DNA from: an uncultured Dechloromonas sp.
GTDB lineage: Bacteria > Pseudomonadota > Gammaproteobacteria > Burkholderiales > Rhodocyclaceae
DNA: 64,000 bases
Assembly: GCA_964583695.1 (NCBI GenBank)
Contig: CAZOWA010000012.1
Location: forward strand, 11,077-75,076
Direction: 5' to 3'
Part shown: in pieces, positions 53,920-61,199 of the stretch
How the letters are laid out: every line of letters starts with the position of its first letter
How positions within the stretch are numbered: the stretch's first letter is position 1
Program-made: the position numbers and the translations under genes
Notes under the pieces: generated by a model
Seen by the model: only the letters and a program-made list of their open reading frames with translations
Databases searched by the model: none
Told to the model about the DNA's origin: nothing

Positions 53920-54572
53920 GACCGGCCAATGGGATCGAAGGGGGCGTTAACGTGAATACCAGCCTGGTTCCGGTCAATCGCCTGTCTCCGCGAGCAGGGG
54001 CCGATTTGTTGCGGATCGTGCAGATCAATGAGGAAATCAAGTCGGTCGTCGGTGTCGCCTTCAGGATCAACATCATGGCGCTCAACGCCATCTTTCTTGC
54101 CAAGCGTGCCGGAACGGCTGCGCTCGGATTTGGTGTTCTCTCCAATGAGCTGAGGGTCTTTTCCCAGGATCTGAGAACCTGCATGTCGTCGCTGACTGCG
54201 TTGATTTACGCCTGTGTCAAGGAGGTTTCGGTCGCGTTGCAGGACATTCGCTACACCCGGCTGATTCGCCAGGCCGTCGAGCTTGCCGGGAAAAACGGGC
54301 CAGGTGCCGTTCTTGCCAAACGCGATGCGGAGAACGAGGCGCATGCCCGGCACCTCCAGCAATTGCGTAACCGGCTCAGGCGCGCACTCGAGGATGCCTT
54401 CCAGATGGTTGAACTGGGCGGGGTGCTGGCCAAGTCGGCGAAGATCGAGGCGGCCTACGGGCAGTCATTCGCAGCGTCGCTGGCGCAGGTGTCGGGAGAG
54501 TTCGACGGTGTGGTCGAAGAAATCCGGCGCTCCCTTGAATCGCTGCGTCGCTCGGCATTTTTTACGGTGTAG
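53916..54572 (+). CDS. Soluble protein with a degenerate MCP signalling-domain motif
   Basis: The ORF opens at a GTG overlapping the phaC stop; an alternative GTG lies at 53952. FRINIMALNAIFLAKRAGTAALGFGVLSNELRVFSQD aligns with the canonical chemoreceptor motif LLALNAAIEAARAGExGRGFAVVAxEVRxLA. The protein appears all-helical and has no TM segment. Confidence 0.6.
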   Translation: MRPANGIEGGVNVNTSLVPVNRLSPRAGADLLRIVQINEEIKSVVGVAFRINIMALNAIFLAKRAGTAALGFGVLSNELRVFSQDLRTCMSSLTALIYACVKEVSVALQDIRYTRLIRQAVELAGKNGPGAVLAKRDAENEAHARHLQQLRNRLRRALEDAFQMVELGGVLAKSAKIEAAYGQSFAASLAQVSGEFDGVVEEIRRSLESLRRSAFFTV

Positions 54573-54593
54573 TCAGACCCGCCAGAGGCTTGC

Positions 54594-55334
54594 ATGAAAA
54601 CGACAAAGACAATTTTTCAGGATGGCAACCACAAATGGGTGGCCATTGTGCGCGATCCCGAGCGCCCCAATTACCTGATTGATACCAACGAATATCTGGT
54701 TACCCACGGCGCCCAGGGTATCTTGCTCGATCCCGGTGGTGCCGAGGTGTTCCCTGCGGTGTTTGCGGCGCTTGCTTCGGAGTTCGACCCATCCAAGCTG
54801 ACCTGCATGTTTGCCTCGCATCAAGACCCGGATATCTGCTCTTCACTCGCGCTGTGGCTGGAATTCAATCCGGGGATGCACTGTTACGTGAGCTGGTTGT
54901 GGAGCAGCTTCATTCCGCATTTCGGTGGTTCCGCCGATACGTTTATTCCGATGCCCGACGAAGGGCTGGATATCCCGCTTGACGGTTTGATGCTGAAGGC
55001 GGTGCCAGCACACTATCTGCATTCTTCCGGCAATTTCCACCTCTACGACAAGGAGGCGAAGATACTCTTCTCAGGCGATGTCGGTGCGGCACTTCTGCCG
55101 CCGGGGCACGACCATCTGTTTGTCGAGGATTTCGACAGCCACATTCGCCATGCCGAAGCCTTCCACCGGCGCTGGATGGGCTCGAACGAAGCCAAGCGGC
55201 GCTGGTGCGAACGCGTGTCGCAGATGGAGGTCGATATGCTCTGCCCTCAACATGGGGCCATTTATCGCGGCCCTGACGTGCAGCGTTTCATCAACTGGTT
55301 CGATAGCCTGCAGGTGGGTGTGGTCGGCGCCTGA
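54594..55334 (+). CDS. MBL-fold di-iron protein (FprA-core / ODP-like)
   Basis: 246 aa with SHQDPD in the position of the metal-binding motif. It has the MBL core without a flavodoxin domain. The family assignment is recalled, not computed. Confidence 0.72.
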   Translation: MKTTKTIFQDGNHKWVAIVRDPERPNYLIDTNEYLVTHGAQGILLDPGGAEVFPAVFAALASEFDPSKLTCMFASHQDPDICSSLALWLEFNPGMHCYVSWLWSSFIPHFGGSADTFIPMPDEGLDIPLDGLMLKAVPAHYLHSSGNFHLYDKEAKILFSGDVGAALLPPGHDHLFVEDFDSHIRHAEAFHRRWMGSNEAKRRWCERVSQMEVDMLCPQHGAIYRGPDVQRFINWFDSLQVGVVGA

Positions 55335-55342
55335 TCCGAAAA

Positions 55343-55356
55343 TTAACCGGAATCAA
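55343..55356 (+). promoter_or_regulatory. Weak FNR/Dnr-type box candidate
   Basis: TTAAC-CGGA-ATCAA matches 8 of 10 positions of TTGAT-N4-ATCAA and lies about 63 nt upstream of the hemerythrin ATG. Confidence 0.3.
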
Positions 55357-55365
55357 GGTTTTCGG

Positions 55366-55398
55366 GAGGACTGCATCCGACAATGCAGTCCTCTTTTT
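55366..55398 (+). terminator. Strong rho-independent terminator after the ODP-like gene
   Basis: Perfect 11-bp stem GAGGACTGCAT-CCGACA-ATGCAGTCCTC followed by TTTTT. Confidence 0.75.
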
Positions 55399-55412
55399 CA
55401 TTGTCTTCCGCC

Positions 55413-55859
55413 ATGACTTCAATCAGCCGCCTGATGACCGATGACCATCGTCGTTGCGACGATTTTCTTGCCGAGGCAGAGCAGGCCGTCGGTAAAAATG
55501 ATGGAGCTGCCGCCCGGAAAGCGTTTGAGCATTTTTCCAGGGCGATTCTGGCTCATTTCGAAGGTGAGGAAAAAACCTTGTTTCCTGCTTTTGAAGCCAA
55601 GACCGGGATGAGCATGGGGCCGACCCGGGTGATGCGGATGGAACACGGCCAGATGCGCGCACTCCTGGAAGAGGCCGGGGAAGCGCTCAAGGAGACGGAT
55701 TTCGACAACTACTTCGGCCTGGTCGAGACACTTCTGATCATGATGCAGCAGCACAACATGAAGGAAGAAGGCATGCTTTATCCGATGTGTGACCAGCATC
55801 TGGCCGGTGAGGTGCCTGACCTGGTTGAACGCCTCGCGCAGGAACTGTCGGCGGCATGA
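55413..55859 (+). CDS. Hemerythrin-domain protein
   Basis: ORF 55383-55859; the ATG at 55413 lies outside the terminator hairpin and gives 148 aa. The His/Glu pattern (DDHRRCD, HFEGEE, MEHGQM) fits an HHE cation-binding domain. Confidence 0.8.
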   Translation: MTSISRLMTDDHRRCDDFLAEAEQAVGKNDGAAARKAFEHFSRAILAHFEGEEKTLFPAFEAKTGMSMGPTRVMRMEHGQMRALLEEAGEALKETDFDNYFGLVETLLIMMQQHNMKEEGMLYPMCDQHLAGEVPDLVERLAQELSAA

Positions 55860-56083
55860 GCAAGGCAGCACCCGCCCATGTTCTTGATGCGCGGTATCTG
55901 GAACCGCCCGAACCGTTCACGCGAAGCATGGAGATGCTCGACTCCCTGAACGAAGGCGAGCAGATGCTGCTGTTGCTTTTTCGCGAACCACATCCGTTGT
56001 ACAACGTTCTGCGTCGTAATGGCCATGCCTGGGAAACCTCGCTGCAGGCGGATGGCACTTTCGAAATCCTGATTACCCGCTGA
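55856..56083 (+). CDS. DUF2249 domain protein
   Basis: 75 aa with LDARYLEPPEPFTRSMEMLDSL, typical of DUF2249 (TusA-like fold). ATGA overlap with the hemerythrin gene. Confidence 0.8.
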   Translation: MSKAAPAHVLDARYLEPPEPFTRSMEMLDSLNEGEQMLLLLFREPHPLYNVLRRNGHAWETSLQADGTFEILITR

Positions 56084-56099
56084 ATCGGGAACGGACAGA

Positions 56100-57413
56100 G
56101 TGGCGACCGGAGCGATGCAGAACGCACTGTCCTTCGAAAGTGCCCCCCCATTCACGGCACCCCTGCGCTTTTTTCTCACAGCACCGCTGTTTGCCGTGCT
56201 GTCCGGCTTGCTGGTCTTCATGGAAGGATCGGCGCTTTTCGCTTCACGATGGACGCCCGGTGCTCTGGCTGCGACGCATTTGCTGACTGTCGGGTTCATG
56301 CTGCAAATCATGCTGGGTGCGCTGATCCAGATTCTGCCGGTGGTGGCCGGGGCGCAACTCGCACGGCCGGTTGCCGTTGCAACGGTGGTGCATGCCGGTT
56401 TGACGCTGGGGGGGCTGGCACTGGCGGGCGGGCTTTATTTCGGTTTTCCCGACTGGCTGGTAGCTGCTGCCGTGCTGCTGGGTTTTTCCGTCCTGGTCTT
56501 TCTGGTGGCGACGGTACGCGCGTTGATCGGATTGCCAACCAGCAGCCCGACGGTGCTTGGCCTGAAATTATCATTGCCCGGACTGCTTGGTGTGCTCGTT
56601 ACAGGGCTTGTCCTGGCTCTGTCGCTAGCTTGGGGCTGGGCCATTCCGCTGGCCGATCTGGTCAATCTTCACGCTGCCTGGGGGCTGGGCGCCTGGGCCG
56701 GGGTGTTGCTGGTTGCGGTTGCCTTCGTTGTCGTCCCGATGTTTCAGTTGACACCGGGTTACGCAGCTCGTCCGGCCTGGGTGTTGCCACTGCTCATGAC
56801 GCTTGCCTTGCTTTCGTGGAGTGTCGCGTTCTGGCAGGAGTGGCCGCTGCTTGTCCGTTCAGCGCTGACCTTGCTTGCTGGCAGCGGACTTGCCTTCGCC
56901 GCAATTACCCTTCGCCTGCAGGCAAAGCGGCGGCGGGCGCGGGTTGACGCTACGGCGCGCTATTGGCAGGGCGGTTTGGCGCTTGCCATTTTTGGCCTGT
57001 TTTTCGTGTTGACCGCAGCAATTCGTCCCGATGCCCTGGCGTATGACCGTGTTCCGTTGCTGGTCGGAGTACTCCTGCTGGTCGGTGCGTTCATGTCGTT
57101 CATCAACGGGATGCTCTACAAGATCCTGCCTTTTCTGGCCTGGCTGCATTTGCAGAACAGCAATCCTCCCGGTATTGCCGTACCGAATATGAACAAGCTG
57201 CTGTCGGATGGCGCAATGCAGCGTCAGATGCAGGCGCACGGACTGGCTGTGCTGTTCCTGTGCGCCGCAGTATTTTTTCCGGAAGAGCTGGCACGTCCGG
57301 CGGGGCTGGTGCTGGCGCTAGCCTCCGGTAGCCTGTGGTGGAACCTCTTTGGGGTAGTTCGGCGTTACCGGGTACACCAGAAATTGGTGGCGATGAAAGC
57401 GCCGGCGCCATGA
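56100..57413 (+). CDS. Polytopic membrane protein of unknown function
   Basis: 437 codons (the ORF opens at a GTG), with about 12 predicted hydrophobic helices. No family was recognised with confidence. Confidence 0.7.
   Translation: MATGAMQNALSFESAPPFTAPLRFFLTAPLFAVLSGLLVFMEGSALFASRWTPGALAATHLLTVGFMLQIMLGALIQILPVVAGAQLARPVAVATVVHAGLTLGGLALAGGLYFGFPDWLVAAAVLLGFSVLVFLVATVRALIGLPTSSPTVLGLKLSLPGLLGVLVTGLVLALSLAWGWAIPLADLVNLHAAWGLGAWAGVLLVAVAFVVVPMFQLTPGYAARPAWVLPLLMTLALLSWSVAFWQEWPLLVRSALTLLAGSGLAFAAITLRLQAKRRRARVDATARYWQGGLALAIFGLFFVLTAAIRPDALAYDRVPLLVGVLLLVGAFMSFINGMLYKILPFLAWLHLQNSNPPGIAVPNMNKLLSDGAMQRQMQAHGLAVLFLCAAVFFPEELARPAGLVLALASGSLWWNLFGVVRRYRVHQKLVAMKAPAP
56994..57020 (+). repeat. 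Possible intragenic remnant of the repeat arm (copy J)
   Basis: GGCCTGTTTTTCGTGTTGACCGCAGCA compared with the right arm GGCGATTTTTCCGGTTGACCGTGGCA gives about 21 of 26 matches with one gap. It lies inside the polytopic membrane protein CDS. Confidence 0.25.
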
Positions 57414-57790
57414 GTTACATCCTGCTCAAACATTTGCATGTTACTTGCGTGGTGCTGAGCGGCCTCGGGTTTTCCCTGCGCGGGGTATGGATGCTGCTCG
57501 ATTCGCCGATGTTGCAGCGCCCGCTGGTCAGGCGTCTGCCGCATGTGGTTGATAGCGTGCTGTTGGGGAGCGCCTTGCTCATGGCCTGGACGAGTGCCCA
57601 GTATCCATTCATCAACGCGTGGCTGACGGCGAAATTCTTTGGTTTGCTGGCCTACATCGTGCTGGGTGCCATGGCGCTCAGGCGGGGGCGTACGAAAAGC
57701 CGGCGCACGGCTTTTTTGTTCCTTGCCTTGCTGGCCTACGCTTATATCGTGAGCGTGGCGCTTACCCGAAATCCGCTTCCCGGAATCTGA
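57410..57790 (+). CDS. SirB2-family membrane protein
   Basis: The ATG at 57410 overlaps the upstream stop (ATGA), giving 126 aa. MSYILLKHLHVTCVVLSGLGFSLRG is typical of the SirB2 family. Confidence 0.75.
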   Translation: MSYILLKHLHVTCVVLSGLGFSLRGVWMLLDSPMLQRPLVRRLPHVVDSVLLGSALLMAWTSAQYPFINAWLTAKFFGLLAYIVLGAMALRRGRTKSRRTAFLFLALLAYAYIVSVALTRNPLPGI

Positions 57791-58543
57791 TCAGATCGGG
57801 TGATTGTTCATCAGGGCCTTAAGGCCGTTGACGTTGAGAATCCGGATGTGTTTTTGCTGGACGGCGATATGTCCTTCCTCCTGAAAGCGGGAGAAGGCGC
57901 GCGAAACGGTTTCCAGCTTGAGCCCGAGGTAGCTGCCGATTTCTTCACGCGTCATGCGCAGGTAGAACTCGGCATGCGAGAAACCGCGGGCAGTGAAGCG
58001 CTGCGAAAGGTTGAGCAGGAAGGCCGCCAGTCGTTCTTCTGCGCGCATCGTGCCAAGCAGCATCATGACCCCGTGGTCGCGCACGATCTCGCGGCTCATC
58101 ACTTTGTGGAAATGGTGTTGCAGCGTGTGGATTTCTCGCGACAGGCTTTCCAGTCGCGAGAACGGAATGGCGCAGATTTCGCTGTCTTCGAGGGCAATTG
58201 CGTTGCAGGTGTGGATTTCGGTGCTGATGCCGTCGAGACCGAGCAGTTCGCCAGCCATCTGGAAGCCCGTGACCTGATCGCGACCATCTTCAAGCAGGAC
58301 GTCCGTCTTGAAAAAGCCGCTGCGAATCGCATAAATGGCGTCGAAGGGCGCGCCGGCGCGATACAGATGATCACCCCGCTTGACACGACGACGGGTCGAC
58401 ACCAGATCGTCCAACCGCTCAAGCTCTTCGAGGCTGAGACCGAAGGGCAGGCAAAGTTCGCGCAGGTTGCAATTGGAGCAGGCCGTCTTGATGACGGACA
58501 GGGAAATTTCCTGATTGATCTTGTGGTGTTGAGGCATTAGCAA
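57791..58543 (-). CDS. fnr: FNR-type oxygen-sensing Crp/Fnr regulator
   Basis: 250 aa with an N-terminal Cys cluster (CSNCNLRELC), a cNMP-like fold and an HTH with ETVSR. Confidence 0.92.
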   Translation of the reverse strand: MLMPQHHKINQEISLSVIKTACSNCNLRELCLPFGLSLEELERLDDLVSTRRRVKRGDHLYRAGAPFDAIYAIRSGFFKTDVLLEDGRDQVTGFQMAGELLGLDGISTEIHTCNAIALEDSEICAIPFSRLESLSREIHTLQHHFHKVMSREIVRDHGVMMLLGTMRAEERLAAFLLNLSQRFTARGFSHAEFYLRMTREEIGSYLGLKLETVSRAFSRFQEEGHIAVQQKHIRILNVNGLKALMNNHPI

Positions 58544-58554
58544 CCTGTGTTAGC

Positions 58555-58568
58555 TTGATCCAAGTCAA
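58555..58568. promoter_or_regulatory. FNR box in the divergent fnr/hemN region
   Basis: TTGAT-CCAA-GTCAA matches 9 of 10 positions of TTGAT-N4-ATCAA. It lies about 60 nt upstream of the hemN ATG and 12 nt upstream of the fnr ATG. Confidence 0.65.
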
Positions 58569-58622
58569 CCGAAAAATTGCGCTTCCCAACCATAATCCGT
58601 CCCATATTTGATGGAATGTTTA

Positions 58623-60026
58623 ATGAATTTCGCAACTGAAAACCTCGTCTTCGATCCACAGATCATTCGCCGTTTTGATGTCAACGGCCCACGCTACACG
58701 TCCTACCCGACCGCAGACCGCTTTGTCGAGGCTTTCGATTCGGATGCCGCCAAGCTCTGGCTCGGTAAACGCAACATCGGCGGTATCAGCCGGCCGCTCT
58801 CATTATACTTCCACATCCCCTTCTGCAACACTATTTGCTATTACTGCGCCTGCAACAAGATCATCACCAAGGATCACGGACGTAGTGCGAAATACCTGAA
58901 ATATCTCGCCAAGGAACTCGACTTGCAGGCGGCAGCGCTGGAAGGTCGCGACGGCGAGCACGAGGTCATCCAGCTGCATTGGGGCGGCGGCACGCCGACC
59001 TTCCTGTCGCACGACGAAATGCGCATGCTCATGGGTGAGACGAGAAAGCATTTCAAGCTTCTTGACGGCGGTGAGTACTCGATCGAAGTCGACCCGCGCA
59101 AGGTCGATACCGCAACGGTCGCCTTGCTCGGAGAGCTCGGTTTCAACCGGATGAGCGTTGGCGTGCAGGATTTCGACGAGCGTGTCCAGGTTGCCGTCAA
59201 TCGAGTGCAGAGCGAAGAGGAAACCTACAGCGTCATTCGCGATGCCCGTGCCAACGGTTTCAAGTCGGTTTCAGTCGACCTGATCTACGGCCTGCCGCAC
59301 CAGACGGTGATGGGCTTCAACCGCACGCTGGAGCGTGTGCTGGCCATGGACCCGGATCGGCTGTCGATCTACAACTACGCCCATCTGCCCAGCCTGTTCA
59401 AGCCGCAGCGCCGGATCAACGACGCCGACCTGCCGTCGGGCGATACAAAGATGCAGATCCTCGCCCTGGCCATCAAAAAACTGACTGAAGGCGGCTATGT
59501 GTTCATCGGCATGGATCACTTCGCCAAGCCCGATGACGAACTGGCGGTCGCCCAGCGCCAGGGACGCCTGCATCGCAACTTTCAGGGCTATTCGACTTAT
59601 GCCGATTGCGACATGCTGTCCTTCGGCATTTCATCGATCAGCAAGGTGGGGCCGACCTACAGTCAGAATGTGAAGACGGCCGAAGAATATTACGACCGTC
59701 TGGATGCCGATCTCCTGCCGGTCTTCCGCGGTATCGAACTGACTGCCGACGACATTCTGCGGCGCTCGATCATCCAGGCTTTGATGTGTCACTTCGAGTT
59801 GTCCATCGAGAGTATTGAAAGCGCGCATCTCATTGATTTTCACAAGTACTTCGCCGCCGAGCTCGAAGACATGAAGGAAATGGAGCGCGCCGGTCTGCTC
59901 AAGATCGAACGCGAATGGATTACCGTGCTGCCCCCGGGGCGCATGCTGGTTCGTGTCATTTCCATGGTGTTCGACCGCTATTTGCGGGCGGATCGCCAGC
60001 GCACGCGCTACTCCAAGGTGATCTGA
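58623..60026 (+). CDS. hemN: Oxygen-independent coproporphyrinogen III oxidase (radical SAM)
   Basis: ORF 58608-60026; the ATG at 58623 (MNFATENLVFD) gives 467 aa. Motifs CNTICYYCAC and GGGTPTFL are present. Confidence 0.95.
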   Translation: MNFATENLVFDPQIIRRFDVNGPRYTSYPTADRFVEAFDSDAAKLWLGKRNIGGISRPLSLYFHIPFCNTICYYCACNKIITKDHGRSAKYLKYLAKELDLQAAALEGRDGEHEVIQLHWGGGTPTFLSHDEMRMLMGETRKHFKLLDGGEYSIEVDPRKVDTATVALLGELGFNRMSVGVQDFDERVQVAVNRVQSEEETYSVIRDARANGFKSVSVDLIYGLPHQTVMGFNRTLERVLAMDPDRLSIYNYAHLPSLFKPQRRINDADLPSGDTKMQILALAIKKLTEGGYVFIGMDHFAKPDDELAVAQRQGRLHRNFQGYSTYADCDMLSFGISSISKVGPTYSQNVKTAEEYYDRLDADLLPVFRGIELTADDILRRSIIQALMCHFELSIESIESAHLIDFHKYFAAELEDMKEMERAGLLKIEREWITVLPPGRMLVRVISMVFDRYLRADRQRTRYSKVI

Positions 60027-60043
60027 GCGAACAACCGAACAAA

Positions 60044-60078
60044 GGGCGCACAGGTTAAACTGTGCGCCCTTTTCTTTT
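60044..60078 (+). terminator. Rho-independent terminator after hemN
   Basis: GGGCGCACAG-GTTAAA-CTGTGCGCCC followed by TTTTCTTTT. Confidence 0.75.
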
Positions 60079-60089
60079 GATCCAGCCTG

Positions 60090-60761
60090 ATGCCTGATAC
60101 CGGTTTCATCGCCCTCTTTCTGGTCGGCCTCCTTGGCGGGGCGCACTGTGTCGGCATGTGTGGCGGTATCGTCGGTGCCCTCGTCATGGGCGCACCGGCG
60201 CGCTGGTCAATGTTGCTGGCCTACAACGCCGGCCGGATTCTTTCGTATGGTGTGGCCGGTGCGATTGCCGGTGCGCTGGGTGCCGCCAGTCTCGGGCTGG
60301 AGGGTCAGGTGCCTGCCCGGCTCATTCTCTATTTGCTCGCCAATGTGATGCTGATTGCGCTGGGTTTTTACCTGCTCGGCGTGACTCAGGCGCTCGCATT
60401 TACCGAGCGTGCCGGACAGAAATTGTGGCGTCTCCTGCAACCGCTGACCCGTCGTTTTCTGCCGGCGCGCACGGTGGGGCAGGCGTTTCCTCTGGGCCTG
60501 CTGTGGGGCTGGCTGCCCTGCGGGCTGGTCTATAGTGCACTGGCCAGCGCCTTGAGTGCCGGTTCGGCACAACGCGGTGCGCTCCTGATGCTGGCCTTCG
60601 GGCTGGGAACCCTGCCGAATTTGTTGTTGGCAGGCATCCTGCTGGCGAGATTGAATGAATTTGTTCGTCGTCCGGTGGTCAGAATAGCGTCCGGGCTTCT
60701 TGTTCTGGGCTTTGGTCTTTACGGTTTGCTCGGGCTGGTGCGCCTCCTGGGCTGGGTGTAA
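60090..60761 (+). CDS. TauE/SafE- or DsbD_2-like membrane protein
   Basis: 223 aa with about 6 TM helices and an N-terminal GGAHCVGMCGG motif. Confidence 0.78.
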   Translation: MPDTGFIALFLVGLLGGAHCVGMCGGIVGALVMGAPARWSMLLAYNAGRILSYGVAGAIAGALGAASLGLEGQVPARLILYLLANVMLIALGFYLLGVTQALAFTERAGQKLWRLLQPLTRRFLPARTVGQAFPLGLLWGWLPCGLVYSALASALSAGSAQRGALLMLAFGLGTLPNLLLAGILLARLNEFVRRPVVRIASGLLVLGFGLYGLLGLVRLLGWV

Positions 60762-60767
60762 ACAGGA

Positions 60768-61199
60768 GTGAATATGAAAATTCTCGTCCCGGTTGATGGT
60801 TCTGCCTGCGCCCTGCGTGCGGTCGAACAGCTGATTGACCATTGTGACTGGTTTCGCGAAACCCCGGAAATTCATTTGCTGAACGTGCATGCACCGATTC
60901 CTTTGGGGCGGGTGCAGGCACACATCGGCAAGGAAACCCTGCACGAGTACTACCTCGAAGAAAGCCGGGGGCAACTGCTGGAGGCCGAGAAGAAACTCGA
61001 TGCCGCCGGATTGGCTTACAACAAGCACGTTCATGTCGGGCAGGCTGCCGAATTGATCGCGAAAATGGCCGGCGAGCTGGCGTGTGACCTCGTCGTCATG
61101 GGGACGCACGGGCGAACTGCGGTTGCCGGGTTGGTCATGGGTTCCGTGGCCAGCCGTGCGGTTCATCTCCTTGCCTGCCCGGTAATGCTGGTCAAGTGA
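60768..61199 (+). CDS. Universal stress protein (UspA family)
   Basis: 143 aa, [16 protein letters not shown] ... [19 protein letters not shown]. Confidence 0.88.
   Translation: MNMKILVPVDGSACALRAVEQLIDHCDWFRETPEIHLLNVHAPIPLGRVQAHIGKETLHEYYLEESRGQLLEAEKKLDAAGLAYNKHVHVGQAAELIAKMAGELACDLVVMGTHGRTAVAGLVMGSVASRAVHLLACPVMLVK

Noticed and set aside
57788-57793. The stop codons of the convergent sirB2-like and fnr genes abut and form the palindrome TGATCA, with no intergenic terminator.
   Set aside because: It is a real feature of the sequence but is most simply a compact convergent arrangement. There is no evidence of functional significance.
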